Of a stretch of DNA of 64,000 nucleotides, positions 11,961 to 23,100 are shown one piece after another. A model generated the notes under the pieces. It made no database searches. It worked only from the letters and a program-made list of their open reading frames with translations, and had not been told where the DNA came from. The stretch is taken from positions 62,001-126,000 of the forward strand of contig NIVC01000146.1 in the NCBI GenBank assembly GCA_002269645.1, in the 5' to 3' direction. Source of the DNA: Macrostomum lignano (Eukaryota). The first letter of the stretch is position 1. Each line of letters begins with the position of its first letter. The translations under genes and the position numbers were made by a program.

Positions 11961-12472
11961 AAATGAGATGAAATCTATGACAGAGCTGTGTAACTAATGC
12001 TAATAGCTTCATACCGAAATCAAAGAGAAAGAACTCAAAGAGCACTTCAATCCAAAAATCAGTAAAAAGCAGGCAGTCAGCTGACTTGCTATTATATTAG
12101 CTAGGTGCAACACCAGACCTTGCAAATGCTCAAAATAGATTAACCAGCTTTAACACAGGAAGTTGAGCATCAGATTAAGAATTAATACGCGCCTAAAAAT
12201 GCTATTGAACACAAAAAAAGTTTAAGAATTTCTTGTACTCGTATAAAAAGCAGATTTTGTGAGGAGTGCGTTAATAATCGGAAAAAAATAGAAATCAGAG
12301 AAAATCGAGAGAAAAATGTTTATTATTCTACTGATAGTAACTGAAAGATTTATCATTACTTTTTGTAAAAAAAACACTTAAAAAGCTATTATAAGGCCGT
12401 CTGACTGATATTAAAAATACTACTAGGGTTGAAGACATTGCGAGCGCTCATTTAGAATACAAGTGACTGATC

Positions 12473-13418
12473 TCAAACGTCCGTGTAGTCGCGAACCCAG
12501 GCTCGCTGCCGACGGACGCTAGTCGAGGAACGCCGACAAGGACGCGGTGGCAGCGGCGGCGGCAGCTGAGCCGGCAGCGGCGGGGGCGGCGGAGGCAGCG
12601 GCATCGCCCGTCGACTGCCGACCAGGGAGGGAGTCGGGACGCCGACAAGACGCCGCAGGTCGTCCGTGAGCTGCCGAAGCTCGTCAGCCAGGACGGCCCG
12701 GCTCGGATCGGCGGCTGTCGTCGTCGACCGGCCCGGCCGGCCGGCCCGCAGCTGCGCCGCCTCCGCCTCCAAATCCGCCGCTCGCGCCGACCAGCGAAGG
12801 CAGCAGCCGCAAACGCCAGCGCCGCCGCAGGCGCTGCCGCCACAGTCGCCGCCGCCGCCTCTGCCGCAACTCGAGCCCCTCTCGGCCATCAGCGAGTGAC
12901 AACGAGGCAAGCGTCCAAGCCGATCCTCAGCTCGGCCAGCTGAGCAGCCAGGCTGTCACCGCCGTCGCCGCTAAGGCAGGAGGTGTCGCTGAATGCGCTC
13001 AGTTCGTCCTCCCCGAATTCGTCATTGAAATCGTCCGGCAGCAGGCGGTCCAGACTCTCGCCGAAGTCGCCAAGGAGGCGGTCGGAGCCGCCGCTGCCGC
13101 AGCGCAGCATGGAGCGACGCAGCAGGTGCAGCAGCTCCCGCTTCAGGCAGGCGGCGGCACGAGTCCGGCGGCGGCTTTCTTGGCTGACGCGCCCGGCCCA
13201 AAGCCGCCGCGGCTGCGCAGCTGCTGGGAATTGTCGGCCAGCCGCTGCAGCCGGTCGGAGGCGGCAGAGAAAATCTCCTGAAGCCGGTCGAGCAACAGCT
13301 CGGCTGGACCGCCAACGCCGCTGCCGCCGCCGCAGGCGCAGAGGCACCTTCGGCAGGCGAAGAGAAGGCGAAGAGAGGTCAGAGTGGCGGCCACGGCGTC
13401 CGACTGAGACTGCTGCAT
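12473..13418 (-). CDS. Hypothetical coiled-coil/Pro-rich protein ending in a class I PDZ-binding-like motif (YTDV*); split over three frames by two apparent 1-nt deletions
   Basis: Three overlapping protein-like segments in successive -1 frames: MQQSQSD...ELLLDRLQEIFSAASDRLQRL; CLKRELLHLLRRSML...LAAQLAELRIGLDAC; LADELRQLTDDLRRLVG...WVRDYTDV*. Very GC-rich. AATAAA on the minus strand at 12324-12319. Confidence 0.6.
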
Positions 13419-13466
13419 CTCCTGCCGCCGGTCAGAGGAGGCTGGTCATTCTATCTTGGCAATGAG

Positions 13467-13562
13467 TCTGATAATCACTCACTATCAGGGATAGATAATC
13501 ACTCACTATCAGGGATAGATAATCACTCACTATCAGGGATGGATAATCACTCACTATCAGTG
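13467..13562. repeat. 24-bp repeat (GATAATCACTCACTATCAGGGATA), about 4 copies, running into the gap
   Basis: Directly visible. Confidence 0.9.
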
Positions 13563-13820
13563 ANNNNNNNNNNNNNNNNNNNNNNNNNNNNNNNNNNNNN
13601 NNNNNNNNNNNNNNNNNNNNNNNNNNNNNNNNNNNNNNNNNNNNNNNNNNNNNNNNNNNNNNNNNNNNNNNNNNNNNNNNNNNNNNNNNNNNNNNNNNNN
13701 NNNNNNNNNNNNNNNNNNNNNNNNNNNNNNNNNNNNNNNNNNNNNNNNNNNNNNNNNNNNNNNNNNNNNNNNNNNNNNNNNNNNNNNNNNNNNNNNNNNN
13801 NNNNNNNNNNNNNNNNNNNN
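13563..13820. other. Assembly gap (258 N)
   Basis: Run of n characters. Confidence 1.
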
Positions 13821-14329
13821 CGGAATTAGACGTGTTATTGCTGACTTTGTCCTTAATTAGAAGCTTGTCGCTGACTTACGGTATTTCAGGACTTTTTTTA
13901 ACGGACCGTACTTACCGCACTTTAGCGTGGCGCAGGGAGCAAGCATATACCTAATTATTGCTGAAATTCCAAGCATCAAGATGCCATGGCTCATGGGATG
14001 CCATGGCTCATGGGATGCCATGGCTCATGGGATGGTGCTGAGATTTTAATGGCTCAAAGAGAAATTCTTCTATACCAACACTCGAAGGGTGTGCTGATAT
14101 CCTAGGCTAGAAAACAACAACAACAACAAAAACAACAATTACAACATCAATAACAACAACAAGGTTCACATCGCACGACCACAAGTGGCCACAGAGGGGG
14201 TGTCAGAACGCACACCATTGGGCCGCACTCCTCAAACAGGAATATTATATTGATTGACTGAAGGCGTTCAGTGGCATGATATTGACAAGCGTTTTAAACA
14301 CTAACCCCAACGACCTTCCTGGCTTACAG

Positions 14330-17260
14330 GCTGCAGTCGGTGCACCCAGGAGCCGTGGCGCACATTGCTGAGTGCCCTGTGGACTCCAACAAACTTCTGA
14401 TTTATGGTTTCCGCAAGGGTCTCACGGTACTGTGGGATCTGCAGAAGCGAGAGGCTCTGCGCTTCAAGCACACCGAGGACCTGTGCTCCGTGTCCTGGCA
14501 CACGAGGGTCGCATGTTCATCAGCTCGCACATCGACGGCTCCCTGGTCAAGTGGTCGCTGAAGAATCCGCAGAAGCCGGAGGTCACCTTTCCGCACGTAG
14601 GCAACTCGATGTGGGACAATCCAACTACCCTGAAACTTGACATACTGGGGGACCAAATGTTTGGTTTAGAACTTAATGCAAAATATAACGTTAAAAATAT
14701 AACGCTCAAAAAACGTCTCAACAAATTTCATCGTCAGCTAATCTCATGGAGGCAGACGGAGGCTCGCCGACTTCATTCCGACCGATTCAGCGAGTATTCT
14801 GCTCAACCGGCGTCGGGAAAACGCCGACTTGTTTCTTATTTAGCGGCGGCTCGCCCCTGGAGCTCAGCCAGCCCTGCGTGAACATCCAGCTGAATAACCA
14901 TATCGATGTACTCCAGATGGAGCACGACATTGTGGACATTGTGCCCATGTGCGACACGCCGTTCAACAATGGTGAGGGGCCGAAGCATTTGTGTTTTATA
15001 ACTCTCTGAGTACCCACTGGCAAAAGTCTGTTAGCGTGGGTCGCAAAACTGCAGTTATTTACTGTAATTTAGCCGACAATAACTAAAGCAAGGACCACTA
15101 GAAGTTACTAGTCCAGTAAGTTCAGAAGTTACAGTCTGTCTCTGTCTGTCTGTCTCTGTCTGTCTGTCTAGAAGCGACGGTAACTTCTAGTGGTCCTTGA
15201 ACTAAAAGTCTCTCAGGTAAAGCCATATTCTGTGGGTGAAGCTGTTCGCTTTGATAGTAGGACGAATAGGAATGCAATGATCAACACGTGAGGAAAGCAT
15301 AATTTTTATGGTGCGGAGTAGCTATGGCAATGGTGTTGCTATTCTCAACACCGAAGACTACATTAACAAGCTACAAAAAACATTATTTAAGACAGGAACA
15401 GATTCCAATGTCTCGGAACTCATGGACAAGGTCACCATGTCTTCATGACCAATTCCGTCAAATACGAGCTTAGCTAAGTATCTTGATTCTCTATCAAGCC
15501 TTGTATCCCTCCAATTTCACTATGAAATCCAACAGAGATTTTCTCACAGATCTCAAGACTCTTGTTCTGATATTAAGAATTCGGGCATTCAATTTGCAGC
15601 TTCGACCTCGCCTCTCTTTCTACCAACATCCCCCTCAAACTTGCCATTGACTTAACCACTGATTTAGTGCACAAACAAAAACGCCCCAATCAAGTCCTTG
15701 TCCAAGGCCTCCTTAAAAAAACTCGTAGGATTTGCGACCTCAGGCATCTTCGTGTCCGATAATAACTACTACCAGAAAATCGAAGTCTGCGCCATGGGAA
15801 GTCCGCTAGCTCTCCTACTACTTTCGCTGACGTCTGCATGTCTCATTGGGAAACTAATAATTGGAGGCCCATCGACTGCTCCCCTAAATTTTATAGACGT
15901 CATGTCGATGACACTTTCGCCATCTTGGACGGCAAAAACAAGATTGATCGTTTTGTCGAGGCTCTTAATTCCACCCAGGACAACATCAAATTCGCTATTA
16001 AGAACGCTGCTGATCAAAAACTTCCATTTATCGACCTAAAAATCGACTTAAATAATGGAACCCTTCTAGCAAAGTTTTTTTACCAATCTGATTCTCAATT
16101 TCCATGCCCTGTACTCTAGACATCGGAAATCTGACATGACCAGATGCTTGCTCCACAGGGCCTTCACCGTCTGCAACTCCTGAATCAATTTTGACCAAGA
16201 GGTCAAAGCCTTAACCAAAATATTCCAACAGAATACTTAATTACCCTCTAGCCTTTTTCCACTACAAAATTTACAAATTTATTAGTGAAAAAGTGAACCC
16301 ACAACAAACTAACAAAGCTGATCGCATGGATCTCAGTCTCAGAATGTGATCTGGAAAACTAAATTCTGAGCATCGAAGCGGTAGCAGTAAGATTCTAGCT
16401 GCAATAGGCCTAGATGCTGTACAATGGTGAAGCCGGGGAGGCTGTAGCCTTTGCAGCGCATATTTGAAACAATTATAATTTTTCGCCTTCCATTCATGCA
16501 GACATTGCCGAACCGTACGCAGTGGCTGTTCTACAGAAGAACGACTTGGCAGTTATTGACCTGACGTCCGATGGGTAAGCATGGGTGTAGCTGCCTGGGA
16601 ATACCCCCCTGCCCTGCCACCAGGGCACGTGATTAACGTCATACGTGATGCAATTCATGCTTTTGAAAGACACTTTTTCAATGCATAAGCGAGTGAAAAA
16701 TGTCCTTCAAAAGCATAAAAGATTGGCTCACAAGTATTTTTGTGCGCAGTTGATTTTAGTGGTCTCGAGTGAATTCAACCAGCCGTTAGGCACATGCAAT
16801 GCAAAATGCTAATTTCTGGCCCTGTGAAGGCTTTGACGCGTGACTGAGAAATTATGAAAACCAGAAGAGGATGTCGATATTGACTATTGCCTTAGTCTGC
16901 ACCCTGTGTGTCCCAGCTTCCTCATTCTCCCTGAATGATTGATGAGGCTTGCTCAAGGAAAGAAAAGGAGAACAGAGAATGCTTGTTGGTCGACTTTTCG
17001 ATTTTCAGAAAGCTGTTCATTTTATCCTCTTCAGTTATCAGATGGGATAAAGCAGCTCCTCCTGACTGTTCTTGCCAGATGTCTGTCTGTCTGTCTGTCT
17101 GTCTGCCTGCCTGTCTGTCTGCCTGCCTGTCTGTCTGTCTGCCTGCCTGCCTGCCTGTCTGTCTGCCTGTCTGTCTGTCTGTCTGTCTGTCTGCCTGCCT
17201 GTCTGTCTGTCTGCCTGTCTGTCTGTCTGTCTGTCTGTTCTGTCTGTCTGCCTGCCTGCC

Positions 17261-17313
<53 letters not shown>

Positions 17314-17316
17314 GCC

Positions 17317-17355
<39 letters not shown>

Positions 17356-17374
17356 GCCTGCCTGTCTGTCTGCC

Positions 17375-17462
<88 letters not shown>

Positions 17463-20119
17463 TAGTGTCTGTTGTCTGTCTGAAACTGTTCATTTCTGAG
17501 TCCGAAACAGTAAAAGAAGCAGAATGGATTCAAGAATTTCATTTTTTCTCTTGCTTCATCTACCGTAAAGCGGTTAAAGAGACTGAGTGGAGAGGAGACG
17601 TGCCTGGGAAAAGTTTTTGGCAAAGAGAGATCCGCCGCTTTTGGGCAAACTGTTCATTCCTGCCTCTCTTATCGCTATGTTTCTTTTACTGTTTGCTCAG
17701 AGTCCACTTTCCCTGGCCCGCCTCCTCCATCCAGGCCTCTGTGCCGTTGATTTTTTCTCTGTAAATTTTGCTGCTGTAGAAGCAAATGAAAGGATGGAGT
17801 GTGAGCAGAAGCTGCAAAAGCTGAGCTCAGTTTAGTGAAACTCGTCCCCTCGGCTGAGTGCCCCCCCCCCCTCCGAGTGCGATTTGCTCCCTAATCCATC
17901 TCTTCTATTCTCTCAGCTTCCTCTACTTCATCAAGCTGTTCGTCTGTAAAATTGCTCAGGAAAAAGGTGTTTTTCGTCCCTTCCGTTGCTAACAGCAATC
18001 CTGAACCCTGTCGCGCAGTAGCTAGCCAGGAACTGAAAACACAGACAGCATAAATATGCAGCCGCTTTGGACACTTAGTTTCTCCTCCTTGCCCTGGCGA
18101 GTCTGGCTTCTGGGCTTCGCGGGCCAAAGTTATTTCCCATCCTGGCGGGCAGCTTGGGCCATTCAATATTCATGCGCGGAAGGCGACAGACGAGGCTCAT
18201 AAGGGAGCAGGAAAAATGGCCAGGCCAAGGCAAACGGGCAATTCAGAATTTGGCGGCCAGTTCGATCAAAGAAAGTTCGAGTATATTTGCTCTTCTTCCT
18301 ATTCTGAGCACTTTCTCTCTCCACTCTCTTGTACTTTCTGTATTTTTCTGCAGACTGTTCTGTTGCTTAATGCAAGAATGGAAATTAGACAAACATATTT
18401 GGAATGCACTTTGACAGTCTGATCGAAACATTTTAGCCATCCGTTGACGCCTTAGTTTTTTTGGTAATTTTAGTCACGAACTGGCCCCACCTCCGCGGCC
18501 CTAGTAAGGTTTCATCTGCTTTTTTCCCGCTGCTGCAGAAGGCAACACGAAGGTCTCAGTTCCAGGAATCATGATTTTCACTCAAGGCAAAGATTGCTCG
18601 GCCTGATGGTTGAGTTTTGGCAAGAATTCTTTGCAGGGCTCCTCTAAAGGGGGAAGATTTCTGGACAAGGAAATCGAAGAAGCGGATCTTGGAAGGATTT
18701 GAATTGAAGGATTTCTGCTCAGCCCTTGCTGAGACGCAATTGAAAGAGCTGCGGGAGAGAATCGGAGCATTTTCTGTGTCCTGGCCGTGATTATTTCCAT
18801 GCAGTTTAAGCTTTTATAGTTCAGCGCAAAGGTTGGCTTCTCCTACACTTTGTAAATAGGAATTTAGAATAGACAATATTTTTATTGCTTCTCCAATCGG
18901 TTTAGCTGACACTTCGGGTTGGCAACATAGAAAGAAAAAAATATTGAGTAAACTACATGTAGGTTTTGACCTTGTATTGTTAGTATCCTGAGAAAAGATG
19001 TTTAAAGCAAAACGCATATGCTGTCCAGCCTAAGACATCAGCACCCCTGTGAGCTGTGGCATCAAAGCCTCCCTTTAAGCCACAGCTTAACCCTGACTCT
19101 CCCTTTTGATCTGCCTTTGGCTTGGCCTACCAACAACTTACAATTGACCCTTGGCATCTAAGCAATCCCCCTCCTCTCCATCCCTCCATGTATAATCCAC
19201 CCGAGCCTTGACGTCTCAGAAGTCTTCGAACGAGCACTTCCTGAATCCAGTTGTTCTTTTTTAATTCAACCTGAATAACTTTACTAACAAGAGCCCGGTT
19301 TTCTAGTCTCTATTTTCTAACGATTTTCCTGAAGAGTTTGCCGAAATTTCGACAGACGATTTTCAGTCATGCAGTTTTCCCTCCTCGCAGGTACCCGAAC
19401 TTCGAGAACCCGTACCCCATGGACCTGCACGAGTCGCCCGTCACCGCCTGCCACTACGTGGCCGACTGCCCGCACAAGCTCATCGAATCCTTCTTCATGG
19501 TCGGCCGGTCGCAGAAGCACTCGGAGGGCTTCAGCACCAAGCAGTGGCCCGTCACCGGGGGCGAGTGGGGCGACTCCAAGACCAGCTACTCGGAAATCCT
19601 CGTCACTGGCCACGCCGACGGGTCGTTGAAGTTTTGGGACGCCTCGCTGCTGGAGCTGCAGGCGCTGTATCGCCTGCGCACCTCCAAGTACTTCGAGCCA
19701 GGGAGCGGCGGCAGCAAACCCACCTCCCGCCAGGTTTCCTCCGAGACGACGGCTGATCCGGCGGCACCGGCCTCGGGAGGAACTGAGGCCAGCGGCGGCG
19801 CCAACTGGCAGCTCGGCGACGAGGCGCTGGCGGTGCAGCTCATCTCCTTTGATGCCGACTTCCAGCGGCTGCTGGTTGCTGGCACGGCGCACGTCTGCCT
19901 GCTCAGCTTCAGTCGGAGAGAAGTCCGCTCCGAGATTATGGTGAGAGCGCGTCTTTTTGATTGATTACGTCACCTCTCCTCACCTTTGCCACCCACCTTC
20001 TCCGTCAACCACCCTCTTCACGCTCGTCCAAAACGCGCCCCCCCGCAGACGGTGGAGCTGTGCGTGGAGCAGTACGACGACTCGGATCTGCACGAGGATT
20101 TCAGCCGCATCTCCGGGTC

Positions 20120-20151
<32 letters not shown>

Positions 20152-23100
20152 TTGCCGCAGGCTCGCCAAAGCAGCCTCCGGACCGGGTGAGTCACCTGAA
20201 CCAACATGAGTCTCGATGCGAATGACGACCCACCCCAACCCTGTGTTTTCCTATCAGCTCCCTTTAGTTGCATTTCAGCCAGAGATTCAGGAAAGCTGAG
20301 ATTTTGTGAATTCGAAATGAAATGTTAAGGCGGCAATCCTTCGAACTGACACACGGAGAAAGACCAGGTGCTTTCTAGCATCAGGTGACATGCCAATCTC
20401 GCGCGCTCGCGCGCTGCGTCTGTATGCCAGCATCCGATGCTTCATCACACTCCCCCGTGACTGCACGCGCCTCCCTCCTCAAACCCTCCCTGCTTTTACC
20501 CAGCCTGTCAGCCATGCAGCGTCATCAGTGACTCAGCGAGCCCCACGTGTCCATCAATTAACTGGGTGCTTTTATTTGTCACTGGGTAGTTTCGGCAACT
20601 AAAATCGAGTTTAGAGGCTGGTGCAGAGTCGGGTGAGGCTTAATTACGAGGTAGCGGCCGAGTGTTCGTGTCAATTGTCGAACTGCTCAAGATTTTGTTT
20701 TGGCATATTCGTATCTAGCTCTGATTAGAAAAATAGACTTCCCTTTTAATCTGCCCTGTCCGCCAAATTCAGCAGCTTTTATACGGACTTTACTATCATT
20801 AGTAGGGTAGAACAAATCATTCAGTCGTAACTTTTGGGAGAATTTAAACCCCAGACCCTAATCAAGCAGGCAATAATGCCAAATATTCTCCTTCGCTATT
20901 TATCCTCAATTTCACCTCGCATAACTATTTGGTTGCATGAGCTGGATTTTTCAATGCACTTGGTATGTACTACTCACCAACAGTATCGGACCAGTAGCAT
21001 GCTAAGCACAGGAATTTTGCCCTCAACCACAATTGTCAAAACATGATTGCTTTGCGCTTGCATTAAAGGCAAATATAGTGGGTGTTGGCGCACTTGAAAC
21101 AATGCATTTTAATAAATTGGCATTCAACGTTTCATTGTTTTCAGTTTGCATGCAAACTATAATTAGCAGCAAGTCGACCTCTTTAAAAGTATGAGATCTT
21201 TATGGGGGTTCGAACTCAGGCGTTCTGTTGACAGCGTTTCGTTGCAGATATATTTTGCATACCTATACAGTTCAAGTTGATCCAAACTGAGATTCAATCT
21301 AGACGTACGAGCATCTGACTGATGATGTAAACTGATAATGTTTACTGATGATGTAAACTGATAATGTTTACTGATGATGTAAACTGATAATGTTTACTGA
21401 TGATGTAAACTGATAATGTTTACTGATGATGTAAACTGATAATGCTTACTGATTATGTAAACTGATAATGTTTACTGATGATGTAAACTGATAATGCTTA
21501 CTGATTATGTAAACTGATAATGTTTACTGATGATGTAAACTGATAATGCTTACTGATTATGTAAACTGATAATGTTTACTGATGATGTAAACTGATAATG
21601 TTTACTGATGATGTAAACTGATAATGTTTACTGGTGATGTAAACTGATAATGTTTGACAGTTTGTTGCTTGTCACAAGTACTAGTAAATTGAATTTTGTC
21701 TTGTCGAATATTGAAAGTAGAAACTGTGATGTCCTAAAATAAGCCGTTTTGTACTCAATTTTTGTAGCATTTGTAGACAAATTATAAATGACAAAGGGAC
21801 ATAACTTTGACAATTGTGACACGTTTCTTGAAACTTTAGTGACAAACAGATTCTCAGTGGGTTGGCCATATTCAACTTTCCATACACGAGAGCCCCCAAA
21901 CGGCTCAAACGGATGACGCAATATCATCTCTGTCACGTATTAAACAGAAATTTCTAAGGGAAACTAAACACCAATGTGTTTTAACTAGCCAGCATTGTGC
22001 GATTCGCGGATGTCTCATTAAAAATCGCTGCCCCTAACTTCACCCTGCCCACCCTGAAGCGGCCGCCGAGACCTCGGTTTGGCTCGTCGTCAAGTCGGTC
22101 ATCGAGTCCGTTCCACTCGGACGTGTTTCAAAATCACCACGCCAAGGTTAAGATCCCGGAGTTGGGAGGGAAATTTCTGTTTTGCTTTCAAGTGCTCTTC
22201 ACAGATACTAGAATAGCTACGAGCGTAGATGGACCACTCAGAACACTTGCGTACAAGCTACTTTCAGTTCAGTAGTAAGTTAAACTGAAGCATTTAAATG
22301 TTTTTTTATAAACAAAGCTTATTTATTGGCTCTTTCCCACCAAGCTTAAACCCCTCAAACTCCACACAGAACCTCAACCCCTGCCCCGCCACCCAATTTT
22401 TATTGCCTTCCTCGCTTGTTCCAGCCTAAATCTGCCATGTACATTTCAGTGGCTAATGTACATTATGGCTGAACCAATTAGCAAGCTGTTTAAGTCTGAA
22501 AGCTTCTAAATTTATCAGTCATCTCAGCTGCCTTTATTCTTATAAAATAGCTTATGTATTCTTCATTGCTACTGAACTGAAAGTAGAAAGCTGTTTTGCT
22601 AAGTATATATGCCTGAGTGGCCTATCTAGTTATTCTGGTATCTGCGGTGCTCTTTAGAGCTTCAATGTGAGAGCAAGGGAGCCAGTCAGTTCAATTCCTG
22701 CTGCAAGGCAAATCCCATGACTGGCTTACGCATTTAATCTGATTGTTTATTTATAAAACAGCTGCTAACTTTAATCGATTCGATGGATTCCTTCTTGCAT
22801 CTGTCATTGTCAGTGAATGTTCCTTGGTGAGCGAACTGCGCCCACTGTACATGCCATTAGCTATGTAATTTATGGCACGCTATGTATCTGTGTAAGGACA
22901 TGCACCCTGAACTGCGTGTTGGCATGGCATGTCTCTCCGATCGTACATATCTATTCTAATTTTTTACTAGCTAATTAAATCTGTTTCTCGAATATTTTAT
23001 CACTGCACTGCAACTGGCAATTTACATTTTGCAGTTCGAATCGGTTGATTTGATGCCAAATTAGTTTAACAAAAAATAGCATCATTATTACTCAAATGCT

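Noticed and set aside
13467-13562. Unit TCACTATCAGGGATAGATA matches tetO (TCCCTATCAGTGATAGAGA) at 16 of 19 positions
   Set aside because: All copies carry the same mismatches at 24-bp spacing and no other vector sequence is present. Best explained as a chance quasi-palindromic minisatellite.
10460-14600. Programmed ribosomal frameshifting as the cause of the frame breaks
   Set aside because: No canonical slippery heptamers were seen, three unrelated genes are affected, one break is at a splice donor, and all cluster at a contig gap.
16621-16824. Possible MITE with CAGGGC...GCCCTG ends
   Set aside because: Only about 6 bp of perfect inverted match, and the flanks do not form a TSD.
22610-22712. 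tRNA/SINE-like segment (GCCT...GTTCAATTCC...AGGCA)
   Set aside because: A B-box-like motif is present but the A-box is weak and I could not fold a cloverleaf. tRNAscan-SE or a SINE search would be needed.
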